Shown piece by piece: positions 28,750 to 36,352 of a stretch of 64,000 bases of DNA. The DNA is from Parvularcula marina (GTDB taxonomy: Bacteria > Pseudomonadota > Alphaproteobacteria > Caulobacterales > Parvularculaceae): the NCBI RefSeq assembly GCF_003399445.1, contig NZ_QUQO01000002.1, positions 316,290 through 380,289 of the forward strand. Direction: 5' to 3'. Below the pieces are notes generated by a model. It searched no databases. It was not told where the DNA came from and worked only from the letters and a program-made list of their open reading frames with translations. Numbering within the stretch: position 1 is the first letter of the stretch; every line of letters starts with the position of its first letter. The position numbers and the translations under genes were made by a program.

Positions 28750-30609
28750 ATGTTTACTGGCACTTACGAGGAATTCTTCGAAGCGCTGCGGCAACGTGAG
28801 TCGAGCGGCGATTACAGCGTTATCAGTACAGGCGGTTATCTGGGCGCCTATCAGTTCGGAGAGGCAGCTCTTGTTGATCTGGGCTTTGTCTACAATGACG
28901 GCTCGCCTTTCGATAATGACTTCAACGGAACATTCACCGGGAAATATGATGTCTTCAGTGTCGAGGATTTCCTCGACAGCCCATCCGCACAGGACCTGGC
29001 GGCCGAGGAATGGTTCTCACTCCTCTGGGCACGGATCCGTTTCAACGACCTCGAATTTTATGATCAGCAAACGCTCAATGGCGTGACCCTGACCAAGTCA
29101 GGCATGATCGCGGGCGCTCATCTTCTTGGTGTTGGGGGATTGCGGGATTTTATCCTGTCGGGCGGAACCGATGCAGGAGCCGACGGGAACGGTACCAGCA
29201 TTACAGAATACCTGACCCTGCTTGGTAATTATGAGACGCCGTCATCCTTCCTCAATAATCTTGATAAGGATAATGAGATAGCGGGCGGTACCGGCGAGGA
29301 TAACCTCAACGGGTTTGCGGGTAATGATGAGCTGAGCGGTGACGCCGGTGATGACATTCTCGATGGCGGGAGCGGTGACGACATACTTCTCCCCGGTGAT
29401 GGCGATGATCTGGTCCGTGGCGGCGACGGCAATGACGAAATCATGCTCTTCACCATCGGTGCGGATACGATCGAAGGCGGTGACGGTGCAGACAGTGTCA
29501 CCACGGATGAATTCTTCCTGCCACAGATCTTTATCTCAAACGAAGCCGACCCATCCGAAGAGGTCATTCTGACCTATACGACGCAAGGTGGAAAGATTGA
29601 GGCAACTTTCCGTTCGATTGAAAAATTCCTGTTTCGGCATGAGCCCGGTTTTGCAACCGTGCCGACAAGCGCCTTGCTCCTTGGTGGTGACGAGGCAGAT
29701 ATCTGGGATGCGCGCGAATTCGCCGAGCGGAGAATTCTTCTCTATGGCGGCGATGGGGATGATGAAGTCACTGTCAGCCCAAATCAGCTGGGGACGTTCA
29801 ATGGCGGGGGCGGCCATGATTTCCTTCACATTATTTCCAGCCAGCTTTTTGGCGGGTTACGCGACAACACCAATGATCCTGCGTCCGTCCTCTTTGAGAC
29901 GTCACTTGGCGGCTTTCTTCAGATTAATGAATTCGAGCGGATACTGATCGATTATACCGGTGCGGCGGCGATGCAATCTCCCGACTATCTTTTGCTGCGC
30001 GGCACATCTGGTGATGATGTGATTGATGGATCGTCCGAAATTCTCGGCTTTTCAATGGTGCTCGGTGATGGCGATGATGTGGGGACTGGTGCTGACGGGG
30101 ATGAAAGTTTCGATGGGGGATTTGGCAACGACACCATTCTGGCCGGCGGCGGCGATGATGTCATCTATGAGCGTGTTGGCGATGTGAATGTCCTCAATGG
30201 CGGGGAAGGACAGGATCACCTCGTTCTGGAAGGACAGTATACGGATCTCGGTTTAGATATCACGATAAGCGATGGGTTGGTCATCTGGAGCGATGAATTG
30301 CCGCCCATCGCCTTCGAAAACATCGAGACCCTGTCGATCAGCGCAAGTGGTGATACAGGCAGTCATGATGTCCTTAGTGCCATCGGCAGCAGCTTGCGAA
30401 TTCTCGCAGAGCTTGGCGAGGGCGACGACACTCTCTTGGGCGGGCAAGGAGAAGACCGCTTTTTTGGCGATGATGGGGATGACGTCCTTCACGGCAATGA
30501 AGGGGATGATCTGCTCGTTGGCGATGACGGCAATGACGTGATCATTGGCGGCGAGGGGAATGACTATATTATCGGCAGTGACGGGAATGATTATCTCGTC
30601 GGTGATTAG
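28750..30609 (+). CDS. RTX-repeat (hemolysin-type calcium-binding) protein with an N-terminal Rpf-like transglycosylase domain
   Basis: The N-terminus, RESSGDYSVISTGGYLGAYQFG, resembles the ESGGNW..NTGNGYYGGLQF core of Rpf/transglycosylase-like domains. From about aa 190 onwards there are tandem GGxGxDxL/I nonapeptide repeats running to the last residue. No signal peptide is evident. Confidence 0.7.
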   Translation: MFTGTYEEFFEALRQRESSGDYSVISTGGYLGAYQFGEAALVDLGFVYNDGSPFDNDFNGTFTGKYDVFSVEDFLDSPSAQDLAAEEWFSLLWARIRFNDLEFYDQQTLNGVTLTKSGMIAGAHLLGVGGLRDFILSGGTDAGADGNGTSITEYLTLLGNYETPSSFLNNLDKDNEIAGGTGEDNLNGFAGNDELSGDAGDDILDGGSGDDILLPGDGDDLVRGGDGNDEIMLFTIGADTIEGGDGADSVTTDEFFLPQIFISNEADPSEEVILTYTTQGGKIEATFRSIEKFLFRHEPGFATVPTSALLLGGDEADIWDAREFAERRILLYGGDGDDEVTVSPNQLGTFNGGGGHDFLHIISSQLFGGLRDNTNDPASVLFETSLGGFLQINEFERILIDYTGAAAMQSPDYLLLRGTSGDDVIDGSSEILGFSMVLGDGDDVGTGADGDESFDGGFGNDTILAGGGDDVIYERVGDVNVLNGGEGQDHLVLEGQYTDLGLDITISDGLVIWSDELPPIAFENIETLSISASGDTGSHDVLSAIGSSLRILAELGEGDDTLLGGQGEDRFFGDDGDDVLHGNEGDDLLVGDDGNDVIIGGEGNDYIIGSDGNDYLVGD

Positions 30610-30885
30610 GCTCGATTGCGTGCCGATGCATGTCAAAGGTCAGTACAAATAGCATCACGAGATTGTTGCGGATCGGCAACAGCACGAAGTAAAGCCAGAT
30701 TTTCTTTGTCCGAATTCTGGACAACGGCAGAAAGAGTATCCATCTGCTCTCGCGTTCACTTGTCGTATGGTTGGGGCTCCTGAGACCCCGCCGGTGCAGC
30801 CCGTCTCGGACCCTGCGTTCCACGGCAATGAATGCCAAGACCATAGCCAAATCGGAAAAGGCACTCGTCCTGAGGGCGAGAGATT

Positions 30886-30910
30886 GGGGGTTCGAGTCCT
30901 CCTGGTTTTA
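30886..30910 (+). other. Orphan tRNA 3'-end-like fragment (T-arm plus acceptor 3' strand)
   Basis: GGGGG-TTCGAGT-CCTCC then TGGTTTT-A. No matching D-arm, anticodon arm or complementary 5' strand was found upstream. Confidence 0.35.
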
Positions 30911-30981
30911 CATGGATAGCTCAAGGGTAGAGCACTAGACTCATAATCTAGGTGTTGCGGGTTCGATCCCCGCTCCAAAAT
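30910..30981 (+). tRNA. tRNA-like element with CAT anticodon (Met/Ile2-type) and a disrupted acceptor stem; possible tRNA pseudogene or att remnant
   Basis: Canonical D-arm (TAGCTCAAGGGTAGAGCA), a perfect anticodon stem CTAGA/TCTAG with loop CTCATAA, and a T-arm GCGGG-TTCGATC-CCCGC. The 5' strand ACATGGA pairs with only 4 of 7 positions of the 3' strand TCCAAAA. The expected TTTTGGA is split as TTTT-acat-GGA. Confidence 0.5.
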
Positions 30982-31420
30982 TGGCCTGTCACGCCAACTT
31001 CCTGATGGGGAGGCGGGGGCCGTTCCGCCGAAGAGGGCGGCAAAGCGGGAAGACGGCCTTTAGGGCCTGAAATCTGCGGCGCCATTCTCTGAAGCACCTT
31101 TCTGCCCGCCCTGTATGGGTGCGGCGGCCATGGCGATGCGCCACAGGCATTCGTCTTCCAGAGATTGGTCATGCGGCCTTTCTGTCTGTGGACGAATAAA
31201 TGAGGCGAGAAGCGATCGGCCTATGCGCTCATCCGCGCGGCAGACAGGCAAACGGTCCCCGCCAAACCTGTCTCTCTTCTCTCAAGCGGTAAAAATGACA
31301 CAGTCTCTCCGTGTCGTGAAACTTTCATATGAAATTAGATTGCAATGTAGAAATCATCCGACTACGTGCCCTGTCCCGCCGGGGCATAGGGCTCTGGTTT
31401 ATTGAGAGGAGGGCTTCACG

Positions 31421-32581
31421 ATGTTGTTTAAAAGCGTTGTGGTTGCCGAAAACCAGCGCGGCCTCCTCATCCGGGATGGCCGCCTTCTGAATGTTCTTGA
31501 ACCGGGCAGATATCGCTTCTGGGATATCGCCGGACGAATGACATGCGAGCTTTTTGACGCGCGCGGACAATTCACAAGTCCGTGGGCTGATCTGATGGAA
31601 AAGCGCCACCCGGAACTGGCAGGCCGGGTGCTCGAGACCGTGCGCGTTCGCGAAGGCGAGGTGGCTGTCGTCAAACTTGACGGCCGTCCGTCGATGGTCG
31701 TTCATCCGGGCCAGACAGTTCATTTCTGGAAAGGTCTTGATACGGTCGAGGTGACTCGTATCGACGTCGAGGCCAATCCGATGCTGACAAAGGCGGAACT
31801 GACGGCATACGAAAAAGCGGTCATGCCGACCCGGGTTTCCGGCAAAGCGATCGCGACCGTGTCCGTCGGGGCGTCCGAAGTCGGGCTCGTCTTCTTTGAC
31901 GGCGAGCTGGCCGAGACGCTCGGTCCGGGCCGTTACGGTTTCTGGCAGGTTGGCCGGCATGTCTCGGCACGGACTGTCGATACCCGCTCGGTCCCGCTCG
32001 AAGTCACGGCGCAGGAGATCCTGACGAAAGACAGGGTTTCCCTGCGTGTCACCCTCACGGCGTTCGTTCGTGTACGGGAAGCAGCGAAAGCTGTTCTTTC
32101 CGTGCCGGACTATAACGCACACGTCTACAAGCTCGTCCAGTTCGCCGTGCGCGAAGCTGTTGGCGGGCGGACCCTCGACGAGGTGCTGAACGACCGTGAG
32201 AAAGTTGACGCCGAGATCGGGGCCCATGTGACCCGCGAGCTTGGCGACATCGGGGTCGATATCGCTGAACTCGGCATCAAGGACGTGATCCTGCCGGGGG
32301 AAATGCGGGCCCTGATCAACAAAGTGGTCGAAGCGGAAAAAACCGCTCAGGCCAATGTCATCCGGCGCCGAGAAGAAGTGGCGGCCACGCGGTCGCTTCT
32401 GAACACGGCAAGGCTGATGGAGGACAACCCGACGCTTCTGCGGCTCAAAGAGCTCGAAGCGCTGGAACGTGTGACCGAGAAAATCGGCCGCATGGATGTT
32501 CATACGGGCGGTGATGGCCTTAACGCCATTGTCGACCGGCTGGTCTCGCTTTCCCCGCGGGGAGAGGCGGAGGCCCGCTGA
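31421..32581 (+). CDS. SPFH/band-7 (slipin-like) family protein
   Basis: Its C-terminal two-thirds has the SPFH core and a coiled-coil (...IGAHVTRELGDIGVDIAELGIKDVILPGEMRALINKVVEAEKTAQANVIRRREE...). Confidence 0.65.
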   Translation: MLFKSVVVAENQRGLLIRDGRLLNVLEPGRYRFWDIAGRMTCELFDARGQFTSPWADLMEKRHPELAGRVLETVRVREGEVAVVKLDGRPSMVVHPGQTVHFWKGLDTVEVTRIDVEANPMLTKAELTAYEKAVMPTRVSGKAIATVSVGASEVGLVFFDGELAETLGPGRYGFWQVGRHVSARTVDTRSVPLEVTAQEILTKDRVSLRVTLTAFVRVREAAKAVLSVPDYNAHVYKLVQFAVREAVGGRTLDEVLNDREKVDAEIGAHVTRELGDIGVDIAELGIKDVILPGEMRALINKVVEAEKTAQANVIRRREEVAATRSLLNTARLMEDNPTLLRLKELEALERVTEKIGRMDVHTGGDGLNAIVDRLVSLSPRGEAEAR

Positions 32582-32583
32582 CT

Positions 32584-32636
32584 TCAAAGGCTGTCACCAA
32601 TCCGCGCGATGCGGGGCGGTGGCAGCCTTTTTTTGT
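32584..32636. terminator. Bidirectional terminator hairpin
   Basis: AAGGCTGTCACC...GGTGGCAGCCTT stem followed by a T7 run, between convergent genes. Confidence 0.5.
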
Positions 32637-32671
32637 TGGAAGCAATGAAAACCCGCCGCGTGAAAGTCAGC

Positions 32672-33169
32672 CTAGAGCGACGTGTCGGTCTCGGTATCCT
32701 CGACCTCGTCAAGATCATCCATGTCGGCTTCATCCGTTTCCGGAAGGATATCTTCGTGCTCTTCGACGGTGTCGCTGGCGTCGGTCATGCGGGTGAGAGC
32801 GCTTTCATCCCCGTCACAATTGAGAAGGCCATTCAGCACATAGCTGCCGACGCGGGAGCCGAGCCCGTCACTGCCGGCAGCGCCATAGGTGTGGAAGATC
32901 CGCATGGTATATTCATCATGCCCGCAAAGCTCCTCGGCCCGGCGTTCCCACAGCTCCATCGGCTCAGAGACCGCAACCGACCGTGAGCGGACGGCCGCAA
33001 CCACGCTCAGCTCATAGGTGCCGTCCGGCCGCTGGGTTTCGAAATAGCCGGTCTTTGGCTGATCGGCGGATTCTCTAGGCCGGTACTGGCTTTCCATGGA
33101 GTAACAGCCAGAGAGTAGGACGAAGGTTGAGAGCGCGATGGTCCCTCTGGTGAAAGTCATGTGACGCAT
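32672..33169 (-). CDS. Lipoprotein with acidic C-terminal tail, function unknown
   Basis: Lipobox LLSGCYS and a D/E-rich C-terminus. Confidence 0.45.
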   Translation of the reverse strand: MRHMTFTRGTIALSTFVLLSGCYSMESQYRPRESADQPKTGYFETQRPDGTYELSVVAAVRSRSVAVSEPMELWERRAEELCGHDEYTMRIFHTYGAAGSDGLGSRVGSYVLNGLLNCDGDESALTRMTDASDTVEEHEDILPETDEADMDDLDEVEDTETDTSL

Positions 33170-33201
33170 ACTCAGCCCCCTATCGTTTCAGCGCGCGGCG
33201 C

Positions 33202-34329
33202 TTAGTTCTTTTTCTTCTTGGCTTTGCGAGCCTCTTTATGAAGCTCGTAGAGCCTATCCTCGGCTTCTTCCGTGACGGCCTGTGCATTCCCGAATGTCAC
33301 CGTGCCGACGTAATTGCCGGGAGTTGAGACGTAGGAACCGGCATTAACAACGCCGCCTGCACGCGTGATGGTGCGGAAATCTTCCAGCTCTTCGACAATG
33401 ACGTCTTCGTCTTCGATGCTCGGGATCGATGTGTCGTTCATGTCGATGATGATATAGCGGGCGATGAAATCATGTGCCTTGGCAAGCTCCCGGTACAGAA
33501 ATTCGCCGTCATTCTCGGTCCATTTCTTGGCCGTGAAGATCGAAGCTTCGCCGTTCGACAGTTTGTCGTCCTTGGCGTTCTCAAGATCCCGCGTCAGTTT
33601 CTTGAAGGCAACGCCGTCAGTCGGGAGCTGGCCATCTTCATCGCGGTAGGAAGCCTTCACAATCTCGACAAGTTCCGCCTTCATTTCATCCGTCAGAGGA
33701 GGAATTTCCTGCTGATCGGAGATGTAGGCGAAGATGTTCTTGTAGAGAGGGCCTTCCTCTTCGCTTTTCGGCACAGAGCCTTCGAATGTGAACGGCGTGA
33801 CGTATGGGATCTCCTTGTTCTCATAGGAGACATTGGCAATGACTTTCAGCGTCGTTGCATCCTCGGAGAGGATATAATCCGTCGTGACGCTGATGCTGTC
33901 ATCGATTGGGTCGCTGTGCAGCACTTTCTGGATTGAGCTGACCTCACCGTAATTGACGGTGGTGGTCATTTCATCAGTTTCCTTCGCCTTGACGATAGCG
34001 GCGGTCAGCATACGGTCGAGTACTTCGGGTTCGATGACGGTTGCGATTTCATCGGAGATCGCTCTTGCGCGTGAGGCGGGACCTGCATTGGCAATGCCGT
34101 CCATGGTCGCACTGACGAGCGCGCCGATGAGCCCGTATTGTGCGCTGGTGGCGGAACTGTCCTGCTGGAACCATCCGGCTTTCACGCCCTGGACGTTCTC
34201 GCTGGTGACGACATTCGTCGTTGCAAGCTGTTGAAGATGGTCTTCTGACAGCGGCCGTTTTGCCGGCAGCGGTGTCGTCGAGCATGCAGCCACGAGCAAT
34301 GCGCCGCTAAGCGCAAGATATTTGGTCAT
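33202..34329 (-). CDS. Lipoprotein, function unknown
   Basis: Lipobox LVAACS, 375 aa, with a Lys-rich C-terminal tail (KEARKAKKKKN). Confidence 0.45.
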   Translation of the reverse strand: MTKYLALSGALLVAACSTTPLPAKRPLSEDHLQQLATTNVVTSENVQGVKAGWFQQDSSATSAQYGLIGALVSATMDGIANAGPASRARAISDEIATVIEPEVLDRMLTAAIVKAKETDEMTTTVNYGEVSSIQKVLHSDPIDDSISVTTDYILSEDATTLKVIANVSYENKEIPYVTPFTFEGSVPKSEEEGPLYKNIFAYISDQQEIPPLTDEMKAELVEIVKASYRDEDGQLPTDGVAFKKLTRDLENAKDDKLSNGEASIFTAKKWTENDGEFLYRELAKAHDFIARYIIIDMNDTSIPSIEDEDVIVEELEDFRTITRAGGVVNAGSYVSTPGNYVGTVTFGNAQAVTEEAEDRLYELHKEARKAKKKKN

Positions 34330-34407
34330 AGGAGAGTCCCCAGTTTAGTGCCCACATTACTTATAGCCGCAAATAGTGCGACCGGCAACTTTCAATTGAG
34401 CGGGAAA

Positions 34408-35157
34408 TTAGCCCCGCGTCAGGGCATAAAGACTGATAGAGGCGGCGCTGGCGACATTGAGGCTTTCGACATCAGGCGCGATCGGGATCGACACCAGTGT
34501 CTCGCACGTCTCGCGGACGAGTTCGCGCAGGCCCTTACCCTCCGCCCCCAGAACAAGAGCGACCGGATGGTCGCTTTTAAAGTCAGGCAGGGAAGTCGCG
34601 CCTTCGCCTGCCAGCCCTGCGGTGTGAAAGCCGAGCTCCTGAAGACGGCTCAGGCTGCGAGCAATGTTCACGACACTGACGAAGGGAACGGTTTCGACTG
34701 CGCCGACCGCGGCCTTGGCCAGCGCGCCCGAGAGCGGCGGGGTCCTCCGGTCCTGCGCAATGATGGCTTGTGCGCCAAAGGCGGCGGCGGCACGGAAGAT
34801 GGCGCCGATATTCTGGGGGTCGGTGACCTGGTCGAGAATGACGACGGGGCCGGGCTTGGCCGGATCGCAAACGTCATCGAGCTTGTAATCGGGCAGGGGA
34901 GCAACCTTGACGGCGAGCCCCTGATGAACGGCCCCTGCGGGCAGCGAATCATCGAGCAGTTTCGGGGTCACAGGCTCGATCCCGATCTCAAGCCCGTGAT
35001 CCTTCAGCCAGTCGAGCGCATTCTTTGTTGCGAGCAGCTTGTGCTGATGACGAGTCCGGTTCGTCAGGACTGCCGCCACGGCATGACGGCCATAGATCCA
35101 GACGGGACCATCCCGGTCGGGCTTTGAAGGGGGGCGTTTGGCAGGGGGACGCGGCAT
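34408..35157 (-). CDS. rlmB: 23S rRNA (guanosine-2'-O)-methyltransferase RlmB (SpoU/TrmH family)
   Basis: N-terminal SpoU substrate-binding domain (WIYGRHAV) and a SPOUT catalytic domain (ILDQVTDPQNIGAIFRAAAAFG...LVLGAEGKGLR). Confidence 0.85.
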   Translation of the reverse strand: MPRPPAKRPPSKPDRDGPVWIYGRHAVAAVLTNRTRHQHKLLATKNALDWLKDHGLEIGIEPVTPKLLDDSLPAGAVHQGLAVKVAPLPDYKLDDVCDPAKPGPVVILDQVTDPQNIGAIFRAAAAFGAQAIIAQDRRTPPLSGALAKAAVGAVETVPFVSVVNIARSLSRLQELGFHTAGLAGEGATSLPDFKSDHPVALVLGAEGKGLRELVRETCETLVSIPIAPDVESLNVASAASISLYALTRG

Positions 35158-35279
35158 CGGGCGCCTTTAGTCGAGAGGCGGGGCGCCTGTCATCCTCGAA
35201 ACGCGATTTGATTTTGCGCAATCATATCGCTCGCAAGAGTTCCTATATCTGGAAGAGGCCACAGAAACTGGAGCGTCAC

Positions 35280-35597
35280 ATGACCGATCTCTCTGCCAGG
35301 AAAGCGCAACTCGAAGCCCGTCTCGCTGAGCTTGAGAGCCGGCTCCACAAGATCGATTCCGATCTCGACGCGCCGGTCAGCAAGAACTGGGACGAGGCCG
35401 CGATCGAGCGGGAAAATGACGAAGTGCGTGAGGAAATCGGCCATGAGGGGCTGAAAGAGGTGCGCGCGATCCGGGCGGCGCTGACACGCATTGAGGACGG
35501 CACTTACGGCGAATGCATTGATTGCGGCGAGGAAATTTCGCCTGAGCGGCTCGAGGCGGTGCCCTATGCCGCGCTCTGCCGGAAATGCGCCGCCTGA
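35280..35597 (+). CDS. DksA/TraR family C4-type zinc-finger protein
   Basis: Coiled-coil N-terminus and a C-terminal CIDCGEEI...CRKCAA four-cysteine finger. The MTDLSA start is preferred, with GGAG upstream. Confidence 0.8.
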   Translation: MTDLSARKAQLEARLAELESRLHKIDSDLDAPVSKNWDEAAIERENDEVREEIGHEGLKEVRAIRAALTRIEDGTYGECIDCGEEISPERLEAVPYAALCRKCAA

Positions 35598-35679
35598 ACG
35601 CTGGGCAAATTCTCTCTTAAAAGCGGTTGCAGCTCTCCCGCCCTTTGATTATACGCGCGGTTCGCTCACTGAGCCCGAT

Positions 35680-35765
35680 GGAGGGGTGGGAGAGTGGTTA
35701 AATCCAGCAGACTGTAAATCTGCCCGCTTCGGCGTACGCTGGTTCGAATCCAGCCCCCTCCACCA
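35680..35765 (+). tRNA. tRNA-Tyr (GTA)
   Basis: Acceptor GGAGGGG/CCCCTCC, anticodon loop ACTGTAAAT, a long variable arm and a T-arm GGTTCGAATCC. The CCA end is encoded. Confidence 0.9.
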
Positions 35766-35770
35766 GCCTT

Positions 35771-35897
35771 CGCCCTCATCGGGCTACGGCTTGGCAGGCC
35801 AGCCAGGAAATGAGTTCCGGCTCGAAGCGTATTATCCATTAGTGTGGGCGAAGGCTGCCACGTCGAAGTCGCTCTGCGACGAAGACGGGCTGGATGA
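35771..35897 (+). repeat. Direct repeat copy 1 (conserved blocks of ~35 bp and ~52 bp), immediately 3' of tRNA-Tyr
   Basis: CGCCCTCATCGGGCTACGGCTTGGCAGGCCAGCC ... GGGCGAAGGCTGCCACGTCGAAGTCGCTCTGCGACGAAGACGGGCTGGATGA. It is a near-identical copy of 36178-36297, except for a variable ~45-bp middle section. Confidence 0.8.
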
Positions 35898-35917
35898 GAA
35901 GCGCTAGCTTCTTGCTC

Positions 35918-36157
35918 ATGAAATATGTCTACATCTTGGAAAGCCTGTCTGACCCTGATCGCCATTATGTCGGTCTGACCGACGACCTTCGTGACAGGCT
36001 TGAAAAGCATAACAATGGCGTTGTGTCTTCGACCGCTCGGCACAGGCCTTGGCGTATACAAACTTATCTTGCTTTTTCGGATACACAGCGAGCTATCGAG
36101 TTTGAGAAATATCTCAAGAGCGGTTCCGGGCGAGCATTCGCGAAGAAACGACTTTAG
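35918..36157 (+). CDS. GIY-YIG nuclease family protein (small, ~80 aa)
   Basis: KYVYILES...HYVGLTDDLRDRLEKHN GIY-YIG motif. The MKYVYI start is preferred over the track start. Confidence 0.75.
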   Translation: MKYVYILESLSDPDRHYVGLTDDLRDRLEKHNNGVVSSTARHRPWRIQTYLAFSDTQRAIEFEKYLKSGSGRAFAKKRL

Positions 36158-36177
36158 ATTTTTCAATCGCCCTCATC

Positions 36178-36297
36178 GGGCTTCGGCTTGGCAGACCAGC
36201 CCAAAACCGATTTTCAAGCTTTAAGACGAATGTGCCATTGGCGCGGGCGAAGGCTGCCACGTCGAAGTCGCCCCAGCGACGAAGACGGGCTGGATGA
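36178..36297 (+). repeat. Direct repeat copy 2, immediately 3' of the GIY-YIG gene
   Basis: CGCCCTCATCGGGCTTCGGCTTGGCAGACCAGCC ... GGGCGAAGGCTGCCACGTCGAAGTCGCCCCAGCGACGAAGACGGGCTGGATGA. Confidence 0.8.
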
Positions 36298-36352
36298 ACC
36301 TTTCCGACTCACAACTCCAGCCTGCCCTGCGGAGATGTACCTTCGCGAAGTC

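Noticed and set aside
28290-29990. Possible CRISPR or tandem DNA repeat suggested by the repetitive RTX region
   Set aside because: The periodicity is a 27-nt coding repeat (nonapeptides) with degenerate third positions, in frame within a long ORF. It is not a spacer-repeat array.
30841-30905. Possible complete second tRNA or tmRNA upstream of the CAT tRNA-like element
   Set aside because: Only a T-arm plus acceptor 3' strand can be folded. No D-arm or anticodon arm is present, and there is no Ala-type G3:U70 or CCA as in tmRNA, so I recorded it only as an orphan fragment.
30569-30978. Two minus-strand ORFs (93 and 107 aa) covering the tRNA-like region
   Set aside because: They overlap a structured tRNA-like sequence, have no Shine-Dalgarno sequence and no homology. 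The region is better explained as non-coding.
31325-32587. 420-aa minus-strand ORF
   Set aside because: It is antisense to the SPFH gene, which has recognisable band-7 motifs. The reverse frame is Arg/Pro/Asp-rich.
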